The notes beneath the pieces are model-generated. The model saw only the letters and a list, made by a program, of their open reading frames with translations, made no database searches and was not told the origin of the DNA. A stretch of 64,000 bases of DNA, taken from NCBI RefSeq assembly GCF_009914755.1, contig NC_060938.1; one strand, 5' to 3'. This stretch comes from the human T2T-CHM13v2.0 reference genome, Homo sapiens. The position numbers and the translations under genes were made by a program. Within the stretch, counting starts at the first letter, position 1; every line of letters begins with the position of its first letter. Positions 26,701 through 38,700 of the stretch are shown here, in pieces.

Positions 26701-29700
26701 CAAATATCCCCTCGCAGATTCTACAAAAAGAGTGTTTCAAAACTGCTCTGTAAAAAGAAAGGTTCAACTCTGTTAGTTGAGTACACACATCACAAACAAG
26801 TTTCACAGAATGCTTCTTTCTAGCTTGTAGGGGAAGATATTCCCTTTATCACCATGGGCCTCCAACCGTCCGAAACATCCACTTCCATATACTACAAAAA
26901 GAGCGTTTCAAACCTGCTCTATGAAAGGCAATGTTCAACTCTGTGACTTGAATGCAGACATCACAGAGCAGTTTCTGAGAATGCTTCTGTCTAGATTTTA
27001 TAGGAAGATATTCCCGTTTCCAACGAAATCTTCACAGCTATCCAAATATCCACTTGCAGATTCTACAAAAAGAGTGTATCAAAACTGCTCTGTCAAAAGG
27101 AAGGTTCTTCTCTGTTAGGTGAGTGCATACGTCATAAAGGAGTTTCTGAGAATGTTTCTGTCTAGTGGTTATGGGAAGATATTTGCTTTTTCCCCGTAGG
27201 CCTCAGGGCGCTCCAAATGTCCACTTGCACATGCTACAAAAAGAGTGCTTCAAAGCTGCTCTCTGAAAGGGAATGTTCAACTCTATGAGTTGAATGCAAA
27301 CATCACAAAGACGTTTCTGAGAATGCTTCTGTCTAGATTTGATATGAAGATATTCCCGTTTCCAACGAAATCTTCAAATCTATCCAAATGTCCACTTGCA
27401 GATTCAACAAAAAGTGTTTTTCAGAACTGCTCTATCAAAAGAAAGATCCACCTCTGTTAGCTGAGTTCAGACATCACAAACAAGTTTATGAGAATGCTTC
27501 TGTCTAGTTTTTATTTGAAGATATTTCCTTTCTCACCATAGACCTGAAAGCTGTCCTAATGTTCACTTCCAGTTACTACAGAAAGAGTGTTTCAAAACTG
27601 CTGTACGAAAGGGAATGTTCAACTCTGTGACTTGAATGCACACATCACAAAGAAGTTTCTGAGGATGCTGCTGTCTACTTTTTATACGTAATCCCGTTTC
27701 CAACGAAATCCTTCAAGCTATCCAAATATCCACTTGCAGATTCCACAGAAAGACTGTTTCAAAACTGCTCTGTCAATAGAAAGGTTCAACTCTGTTAGCT
27801 GCGTGCATATATCCCAAAGAAGATTCTGAGATTGCTTCTGTCTAGTTTTTATGGGAAGATATTTCCCTTTTCACCGTAGGCGTCCAGGCGCTCCAAATGT
27901 CCACTTCCAGATACTACAAAAAGAGTGTTTCAAACCTACTCTGTGAAAGGGAATATTCAACTCTGTGACTTGAATGCACATATCACAAGGAAGTTTCTGA
28001 GAATGCTTCTGTCGAGATTTTATATGAAGATATTCCCGTTTCCAACGAAATGCTGAAATGTATCCAAATATCCCCTCGCAGATTCTACAAAAAGAGTGTT
28101 TCAAAACTGCTCTGTAAAAAGAAAGGTTCAACTCTGTTAGTTGAGTACACACATCACAAACTAGTTTCACAGAATGCTTCTTTCTAGCTTGTAGGGGAAG
28201 ATATTCCCTTTATCACCATGGGCCTCAAACCGTCCGAAAAGTCCACTTCCATATACTACAAAAAGAGCGTTTCAAACCTGCTCTATGAAAGGCAATGTTC
28301 AACTCTGTGACTTGAATGCAGACATCACAGAGCAGTTTCTGAGAATGCTTCTGTCTAGATTTTATAGGAAGATATTCCCGTTTCCAACGAAATCTTCACA
28401 GCTATCCAAATATCCACTTGCAGATTCTACAAAAAGAGTGTATCAAAACTGCTCTGTCAAAAGGAAGGTTCTTTTCTGTTAGGTGAGTGCATACGTCATA
28501 AAGGAGTTTCTGAGAATGTTTCTGTCTAGTGGTTATGGGAAGATATTTGCTTTTTCACCGTAGGCCTCAGAGCGCTCCAAATATCCACTTGCACATACTA
28601 CAAAAAGAGTGCCTCAAAGCTGCTCTCTGTAACGGAATGTTCAACTCTATGAGTTGAATGCAAACATCACAAAGACGTTTCTGAGAATGCTTCTGTCTAG
28701 ATTTGATATGAAGATCTTCCCGTTTCCAACGAAATCTTCAAATCTATCCAAATGTCCACTTGCAGATTCAACAGAAAGTGTTTTTCAGAACTGCTCTATC
28801 AAAAGAAAGATCCACCTCTGTTAGCTGAGTTCAGACATCACAAACAAGTTTATGAGAATGCTTCTGTCTAGTTTTTATTTGAAGATATTTCCTTTCTCAC
28901 CATAGACCTGAAAGCTGTCCTACTGTTCACTTCCAGTTACTACAGAAAGAGTGTTTCAAAACTGCTGTACGAAAGGGAATGTTCAACTCTGTGACTTGAA
29001 TGCACACATCACAAAGAAGTTTCTGAGGATGCTGCTGTCTACTTTTTATACTTAATCCCGTTTCCAACGAAATCCTCCAAGCTATCCAAATATCCACTTG
29101 CAGATTCCACAGAAAGACTGTTTCAAAACTGCTCTGTCAATAGAAAGGTTCAACTCTGTTAGCTGCGTGCATATATCCCAAAGAAGATTCTGAGATTGCT
29201 TCTGTCTAGTTTTTATGGGAAGATATTTCCCTTTTCACCGTAGGCGTCAAGGCGCTCCAAATGTCCACTTCCAGATACTACAAAAAGAGTGTTTCAAACC
29301 TACTCTGTGAAAGGGAATATTCAACTCTGTGACTTGAATGCACATATCACAAGGAAGTTTCTGAGAATGCTTCTGTCGAGATTTTATATGAAGATATTCC
29401 CGTTTCCAACGAAATCCTGAAATCTATCCAAATATCCCCTCGCAGATTCTACAAAAAGAGTGTTTCAAAACTGCTCTGTAAAAAGAAAGGTTCAACTCTG
29501 TTAGTTGAGTACACACATCACAAACAAGTTTCACAGAATGCTTCTTTCTAGCTTGTAGGGGAAGATATTCCCTTTATCACCATGGGCCTCAAACCGTCCG
29601 ATAAGTCCACTTCCATATACTACAAAAAGAGCGTTTCAAACCTGCTCTATGAAAGGCAATGTTCAACTCTGTGACTTGAATGCAGACATCACAGAGCAGT

Positions 29701-32700
29701 TTCTGAGAATGCTTCTGTCTAGATTTTATAGGAAGATATTCCCGTTTCCAACGAAATCTTCACAGCTATCCAAATATCCACTTGCAGATTCTACAAAAAG
29801 AGTGTATCAAAACTGCTCTGTCAAAAGGAAGGTTCTTTTCTGTTAGGTGAGTGCATACGTCATAAAGGAGTTTCTGAGAATGTTTCTGTCTAGTGGTTAT
29901 GGGAAGATATTTGCTTTTTCACCGTAGGCCTCAGAGCGCTCCAAATATCCACTTGCACATACTACAAAAAGAGTGCCTCAAAGCTGCTCTCTGAAACGGA
30001 ATGTTCAACTCTATGAGTTGAATGCAAACATCGCAAAGACGTTTCTGAGAATGCTTCTGTCTAGATTTGATATGAAGATATTCCCGTTTCCAACGAAATC
30101 TTCAAATCTATCCAAATGTCCACTTGCAGATTCAACAAAAAGTGTTTTTCAGAACTGCTCTATCAAAAGAAAGATCCACCTCTGTTAGCTGAGTTCACAC
30201 ATCACAAACAAGTTTATGAGAATGCTTCTGTCTAGTTTTTATTTGAAGATATTTCCTTTCTCACCATAGAGCTGAAAGCTGTCCTAATGTTCACTTCCAG
30301 ATACTACAGAAAGAGTGTTTCAAAACTGCTGTACGAAAGGGAATGTTCAACTCTGTGACTTGAATGCACACATCACAAAGAAGTTTCTGAGGATGCTGCT
30401 GTCTACTTTTTATACGTAATCCCGTTTCCAACGAAATCCTCCAAGCTATCCAAATATCCACTTGCAGATTCCACAGAAAGACTGTTTCAAAACTGCTCTG
30501 TCAATAGAAAGGTTCAACTCTGTTAGCTGCGTGCATATATCCCAAAGAAGATTCTGAGATTGCTTCTGTCTAGTTTTTATGGGAAGATATTTCCCTTTTC
30601 ACCGTAGGTGTCAAGGCGCTCCAAATGTCCACTTCCAGATACTACAAAAAGAGTGTTTCAAACCTACTCTGTGAAAGGGAATATTCAACTCTGTGACTTG
30701 AATGCACATATCACAAAGAAGTTTCTGAGAATGCTTCTGTCGAGATTTTATATGAAGATATTCCCGTTTCCAACGAAATGCTGAAATCTATCCAAATATC
30801 CCCTCGCAGATTCTACAAAAAGAGTGTTTCAAAACTGCTCTGTGAAAAGAAAGGTTCAACTCTGTTAGTTGAGTACACACATCACAAACAAGTTTCACAG
30901 AATGCTTCTTTCTAGCTTGTAGGGGAAGATATTCCCTTTATCACCATGGGCCTCAAACCGTCCGAAAAGTCCACTTCCATATACTACAAAAAGAGCGTTT
31001 CAAACCTGCTCTATGAAAGGCAATGTTCAACTCTGTGACTTGAATGCAGACATCACAGAGCAGTTTCTGAGAATGCTTCTGTCTAGATTTTATAGGAAGA
31101 TATTCCCGTTTCCAACGAAATCTTCACAGCTATCCAAATATCCACTTGCAGATTCTACAAAAAGAGTGTATCAAAACTGCTCTGTCAAAAGGAAGGTTCT
31201 TTTCTGTTAGGTGAGTGCATACGTCATAAAGGAGTTTCTGAGAATGTTTCTGTCTAGTGGTTATGGGAAGATATTTGCTTTTTCACCGTAGGCCTCAGAG
31301 CGCTCCAAATATCCACTTGCACATACTACAAAAAGAGTGCCTCAAAGCTGCTCTCTGAAACGGAATGTTCAACTCTATGAGTTGAATGCAAACATCGCAA
31401 AGACGTTTCTGAGAATGCTTCTGTCTAGATTTGATATGAAGATATTCCCGTTTCCAACGAAATCTTCAAATCTATCCAAATGTCCACTTGCAGATTCAAC
31501 AAAAAGTGTTTTTCAGAACTGCTCTATCAAAAGAAAGATCCACCTCTGTTAGCTGAGTTCACACATCACAAACAAGTTTATGAGAATGCTTCTGTCTAGT
31601 TTTTATTTGAAGATATTTCCTTTCTCACCATAGAGCTGAAAGCTGTCCTAATGTTCACTTCCAGATACTACAGAAAGAGTGTTTCAAAACTGCTGTACGA
31701 AAGGGAATGTTCAACTCTGTGACTTGAATGCACACATCACAAAGAAGTTTCTGAGGATGCTGCTGTCTACTTTTTATACGTAATCCCGTTTCCAACGAAA
31801 TCCTCCAAGCTATCCAAATATCCACTTGCAGATTCCACAGAAAGACTGTTTCAAAACTGCTCTGTCAATAGAAAGGTTCAACTCTGTTAGCTGCGTGCAT
31901 ATATCCCAAAGAAGATTCTGAGATTGCTTCTGTCTAGTTTTTATGGGAAGATATTTCCCTTTTCACCGTAGGTGTCAAGGCGCTCCAAATGTCCACTTCC
32001 AGATACTACAAAAAGAGTGTTTCAAACCTACTCTGTGAAAGGGAATATTCAACTCTGTGACTTGAATGCACATATCACAAAGAAGTTTCTGAGAATGCTT
32101 CTGTCGAGATTTTATATGAAGATATTCCCGTTTCCAACGAAATGCTGAAATCTATCCAAATATCCCCTCGCAGATTCTACAAAAAGAGTGTTTCAAAACT
32201 GCTCTGTGAAAAGAAAGGTTCAACTCTGTTAGTTGAGTACACACATCACAAACAAGTTTCACAGAATGCTTCTTTCTAGCTTGTAGGGGAAGATATTCCC
32301 TTTATCACCATGGGCCTCAAACCGTCCGAAAAGTCCACTTCCATATACTACAAAAAGAGCGTTTCAAACCTGCTCTATGAAAGGCAATGTTCAACTCTGT
32401 GACTTGAATGCAGACATCACAGAGCAGTTTCTGAGAATGCTTCTGTCTAGATTTTATAGGAAGATATTCCCGTTTCCAACGAAATCTTCACAGCTATCCA
32501 AATATCCACTTGCAGATTCTACAAAAAGAGTGTATCAAAACTGCTCTGTCAAAAGGAAGGTTCTTTTCTGTTAGGTGAGTGCATACGTCATAAAGGAGTT
32601 TCTGAGAATGTTTCTGTCTAGTGGTTATGGGAAGATATTTGCTTTTTCACCGTAGGCCTCAGAGCGCTCCAAATATCCACTTGCACATACTACAAAAAGA

Positions 32701-35700
32701 GTGCCTCAAAGCTGCTCTCTGAAACGGAATGTTCAACTCTATGAGTTGAATGCAAACATCGCAAAGACGTTTCTGAGAATGCTTCTGTCTAGATTTGATA
32801 TGAAGATATTCCCGTTTCCAACGAAATCTTCAAATCTATCCAAATGTCCACTTGCAGATTCAACAAAAAGTGTTTTTCAGAACTGCTCTATCAAAAGAAA
32901 GATCCACCTCTGTTAGCTGAGTTCACACATCACAAACAAGTTTATGAGAATGCTTCTGTCTAGTTTTTATTTGAAGATATTTCCTTTCTCACCATAGAGC
33001 TGAAAGCTGTCCTAATGTTCACTTCCAGATACTACAGAAAGAGTGTTTCAAAACTGCTGTACGAAAGGGAATGTTCAACTCTGTGACTTGAATGCACACA
33101 TCACAAAGAAGTTTCTGAGGATGCTGCTGTCTACTTTTTATACGTAATCCCGTTTCCAACGAAATCCTCCAAGCTATCCAAATATCCACTTGCAGATTCC
33201 ACAGAAAGACTGTTTCAAAACTGCTCTGTCAATAGAAAGGTTCAACTCTGTTAGCTGCGTGCATATATCCCAAAGAAGATTCTGAGATTGCTTCTGTCTA
33301 CTTTTTATGGGAAGATATTTCCCTTTTCACCGTAGGTGTCAAGGCGCTCCAAATGTCCACTTCCAGATACTACAAAAAGAGTGTTTCTAACCTACTCTGT
33401 GAAAGGGAATATTCAACTCTGTGACTTGAATGCACATATCACAAAGAAGTTTCTGAGAATGCTTCTGTCGAGATTTTATATGAAGATATTCCCGTTTCCA
33501 ACGAAATCCTGAAATCTATCCAAATATCCCCTCGCAGATTCTACAAAAAGAGTGTTTCAAAACTGCTCTGTGAAAAGGAAGGTTCAACTCTGTTAGTTGA
33601 GTACACACATCACAAACAAGTTTCACGGAATGCTTCTTTCTAGCTTGTAGGGAAAGATATTCCCTTTATCACCATGGGCCTCCAACCGTCCGAAACATCC
33701 ACTTCCATATACTACAAAAAGAGCGTTTCAAACCTGCTCTATGAAAGGCAATGTTCAACTCTGTGACTTGAATGCAGACATCACAGAGCAGTTTCTGAGA
33801 ATGCTTCTGTCTAGATTTTATAGGAAGCTATTCCCGTTTCCAACGAAATCTTCACAGCTATCCAAATATCCACTTGCAGATTCTACAAAAAGAGTGTATC
33901 AAAACTGCTCTGTCAAAAGGAAGGTTCTTTTCTGTTAGGTGAGTGCATACGTCATAAAGGAGTTTCTGAGAATGTTTCTGTCTAGTGGTTATGGGAAGAT
34001 ATTTGCTTTTTCACCGTAGGCCTCAGAGGGCTCCAAATATCCACTTGCACATACTACAAAAAGAGTGCCTCAAAGCTGCTCTCTGAAACGGAATGTGCAA
34101 GTCTATGAGTTGAATGCAAACATCGCAAAGACGTTTCTGAGAATGCTTCTGTCTAGATTTGATATGAAGATATTCCCGTTTCCAACGAAATCTTCAAATC
34201 TATCCAAATGTCCACTTGCAGATTCAACAAAAAGTGTTTTTCAGAACTGCTCTATCAAAAGAAAGATCCACCTCTGTTAGCTGAGTTCACACATCACAAA
34301 CAAGTTTATGAGAATGCTTCTGTCTAGTTTTTATTTGAAGATATTTCCTTTCTCACCATAGAGCTGAAAGCTGTCCTAATGTTCACTTCCAGATACTACA
34401 GAAAGAGTGTTTCAAAACTGCTGTACGAAAGGGAATGTTCAACTCTGTGACTTGAATGCACACATCACAAAGAAGTTTCTGAGGATGCTGCTGTCTACTT
34501 TTTATACGTAATCCCGTTTCCAACGAAATCCTCCAAGCTATCCAAATATCCACTTGCAGATTCCACAGAAAGACTGTTTCAAAACTGCTCTGTCAATAGA
34601 AAGGTTCAACTCTGTTAGCTGCGTGCATATATCCCAAAGAAGATTCTGAGATTGCTTCTGTCTAGTTTTTATGGGAAGATATTTCCCTTTTCACCGTAGG
34701 CGTCAAGGCGCTCCAAATGTCCACTTCCAGATACTACAAAAAGAGTGTTTCTAACCTACTCTGTGAAAGGGAATATTCAACTCTGTGACTTGAATGCACA
34801 TATCACAAAGAAGTTTCTCAGAATGCTTCTGTCGAGATTTTATATGAAGATATTCCCGTTTCCAACGAAATCCTGAAATCTATCCAAATATCCCCTCGCA
34901 GATTCTACAAAAAGAGTGTTTCAAAACTGCTCTGTGAAAAGGAAGGTTCAACTCTGTTAGTTGAGTACACACATCACAAACAAGTTTCACAGAATGCTTC
35001 TTTCTAGCTTGTAGGGAAAGATATTCCCTTTATCACCATGGGCCTCCAACCGTCCGAAACATCCACTTCCATATACTACAAAAAGAGCGTTTCAAACCTG
35101 CTCTATGAAAGGCAATGTTCAACTCTGTGACTTGAATGCAGACATCACAGAGCAGTTTCTGAGAATGCTTCTGTCTAGATTTTATAGGAAGCTATTCCCG
35201 TTTCCAACGAAATCTTCACAGCTATCCAAATATCCACTTGCAGATTCTACAAAAAGAGTGTATCAAAACTGCTCTGTCAAAAGGAAGGTTCTTCTCTGTT
35301 AGGTGAGTGCATACGTCATAAAGGAGTTTCTGAGAATGTTTCTGTCTAGTGGTTATGGGAAGATATTTGCTTTTTCCCCGTAGGCCTCAGGGCGCTCCAA
35401 ATGTCCACTTGCACATGCTACAAAAAGAGTGCTTCAAAGCTGCTCTCTGAAAGGGAATGTTCAACTCTATGAGTTGAATGCAAACATCACAAAGACGTTT
35501 CTGAGAATGCTTCTGTCTAGATTTGATATGAAGATATTCCCGTTTCCAACGAAATCTTCAAATCTATCCAAATGTCCACTTGCAGATTCAACAAAAAGTG
35601 TTTTTCAGAACTGCTCTATCAAAAGAAAGATCCACCTCTGTTAGCTGAGTTCAGACATCACAAATAAGTTTATGAGAATGCTTCTGTCTAGTTTTTATTT

Positions 35701-38700
35701 GAAGATATTTCCTTTCTCACCATAGACCTGAAAGCTGTCCTAATGTTCACTTCCAGTTACTACAGAAAGAGTGTTTCAAAACTGCTGTACGAAAGGGAAT
35801 GTTCAACTCTGTGACTTGAATGCACACATCACAAAGAAGTTTCTGAGGATGCTGCTGTCTACTTTTTATACTTAATCCCGTTTCCAACGAAATCCTCCAA
35901 GCTATCCAAATATCCACTTGCAGATTCCACAGAAAGACTGTTTCAAAACTGCTCTGTCAATAGAAAGGTTCAACTCTGTTAGCTGCGTGCATATATCCCA
36001 AAGAAGATTCTGAGATTGCTTCTGTCTAGTTTTTATGGGAAGATATTTCCCTTTTCACCGTAGGCGTCAAGGCGCTCCAAACGTCCACTTCCAGATACTA
36101 CAAAAAGAGTGTTTCAAACCTACTCTGTGAAAGGGAGTATTCAACTCTGTGACTTGAATGCACATATCACAAGGAAGTTTCTGAGAATGCTTCTGTCGAG
36201 ATTTTATATGAAGATATTCTCGTTTACAACGAAATCCTGAAATCTATCCAAATATCCCCTCGCAGATTCTACAAAAAGAGTGTTTCAAAACTGCTCTGTA
36301 AAAAGAAAGGTTCAACTCTGTTAGTTGAGTACACACATCACAAACAAGTTTCACAGAATGCTTCTTTCTAGCTTGTAGGGGAAGATATTCCCTTTATCAC
36401 CATGGGCCTCCAACCGTCCGAAACATCCACTTCCATATACTACAAAAAGAGCGTTTCAAACCTGCTCTATGAAAGGCAATGTTCAACTCTGTGACTTGAA
36501 TGCAGACATCACAGAGCAGTTTCTGAGAATGCTTCTGTCTAGATTTTATAGGAAGATATTCCCGTTTCCAACGAAATCTTCACAGCTATCCAAATATCCA
36601 CTTGCAGATTCTACAAAAAGAGTGTATCAAAACTGCTCTGTCAAAAGGAAGGTTCTTCTCTGTTAGGTGAGTGCATACGTCATAAAGGAGTTTCTGAGAA
36701 TGTTTCTGTCTAGTGGTTATGGGAAGATATTTGCTTTTTCCCCGTAGGCCTCAGGGCGCTCCAAATGTCCACTTGCACATGCTACAAAAAGAGTGCTTCA
36801 AAGCTGCTCTCTGAAAGGGAATGTTCAACTCTATGAGTTGAATGCAAACATCACAAAGACGTTTCTGAGAATGCTTCTGTCTAGATTTGATATGAAGATA
36901 TTCCCGTTTCTAACGAAATCTTCAAATCTATCCAAATGTCCACTTGCAGATTCAACAAAAAGTGTTTTTCAGAACTGCTCTATCAAAAGAAAGATCCACC
37001 TCTGTTAGCTGAGTTCAGACATCACAAACAAGTTTATGAGAATGCTTCTGTCTAGTTTTTATTTGAAGATATTTCCTTTCTCACCATAGACCTGAAAGCT
37101 GTCCTAATGTTCACTTCCAGTTACTACAGAAAGAGTGTTTCAAAACTGCTGTACGAAAGGGAATGTTCAACTCTGTGACTTGAATGCACACATCACAATG
37201 AAGTTTCTGAGGATGCTGCTGTCTACTTTTTATACTTAATCCCGTTTCCAACGAAATCCTTCAAGCTATCCAAATATCCACTTGCAGATTCCACAGAAAG
37301 ACTGTTTCAAAACTGCTCTGTCAATAGAAAGGTTCAACTCTGTTAGCTGCGTGCATATATCCCAAAGAAGATTCTGAGATTGCTTCTGTCTAGTTTTTAT
37401 GGGAAGATATTTCCCTTTTCACCGTAGGCGTCCAGGCGCTCCAAATGTCCACTTCCAGATACTACAAAAAGAGTGTTTCAAACCTACTCTGTGAAAGGGA
37501 ATATTCAACTCTGTGACTTGAATGCACATATCACAAGGAAGTTTCTGAGAATGCTTCTGTCGAGATTTTATATGAAGATATTCCCGTTTCCAACGAAATG
37601 CTGAAATGTATCCAAATATCCCCTCGCAGATTCTACAAAAAGAGTGTTTCAAAACTGCTCTGTAAAAAGAAAGGTTCAACTCTGTTAGTTGAGTACACAC
37701 ATCACAAACTAGTTTCACAGAATGCTTCTTTCTAGCTTGTAGGGGAAGATATTCCCTTTATCACCATGGGCCTCAAACCGTCCGAAAAGTCCACTTCCAT
37801 ATACTACAAAAAGAGCGTTTCAAACCTGCTCTATGAAAGGCAATGTTCAACTCTGTGACTTGAATGCAGACATCACAGAGCAGTTTCTGAGAATGCTTCT
37901 GTCTAGATTTTATAGGAAGATATTCCCGTTTCCAACGAAATCTTCACAGCTATCCAAATATCCACTTGCAGATTCTACAAAAAGAGTGTATCAAAACTGC
38001 TCTGTCAAAAGGAAGGTTCTTTTCTGTTAGGTGAGTGCATACGTCATAAAGGAGTTTCTGAGAATGTTTCTGTCTAGTGGTTATGGGAAGATATTTGCTT
38101 TTTCACCGTAGGCCTCAGAGCGCTCCAAATATCCACTTGCACATACTACAAAAAGAGTGCCTCAAAGCTGCTCTCTGAAACGGAATGTTCAACTCTATGA
38201 GTTGAATGCAAACATCACAAAGACGTTTCTGAGAATGCTTCTGTCTAGATTTGATATGAAGATATTCCCGTTTCCAACGAAATCTTCAAATCTATCCAAA
38301 TGTCCACTTGCAGATTCAACAGAAAGTGTTTTTCAGAACTGCTCTATCAAAAGAAAGATCCACCTCTGTTAGCTGAGTTCACACATCACAAACAAGTTTA
38401 TGAGAATGCTTCTGTCTAGTTTTTATTTGAAGATATTTCCTTTCTCACCATAGAGCTGAAAGCTGTCCTAATGTTCACTTCCAGATACTACAGAAAGAGT
38501 GTTTCAAAACTGCTGTACGAAAGGGAATGTTCAACTCTGTGACTTGAATGCACACATCACAAAGAAGTTTCTGAGGATGCTGCTGTCTACTTTTTATACG
38601 TAATCCCGTTTCCAACGAAATCCTCCAAGCTATCCAAATATCCACTTGCAGATTCCACAGAAAGACTGTTTCAAAACTGCTCTGTCAATAGAAAGGTTCA

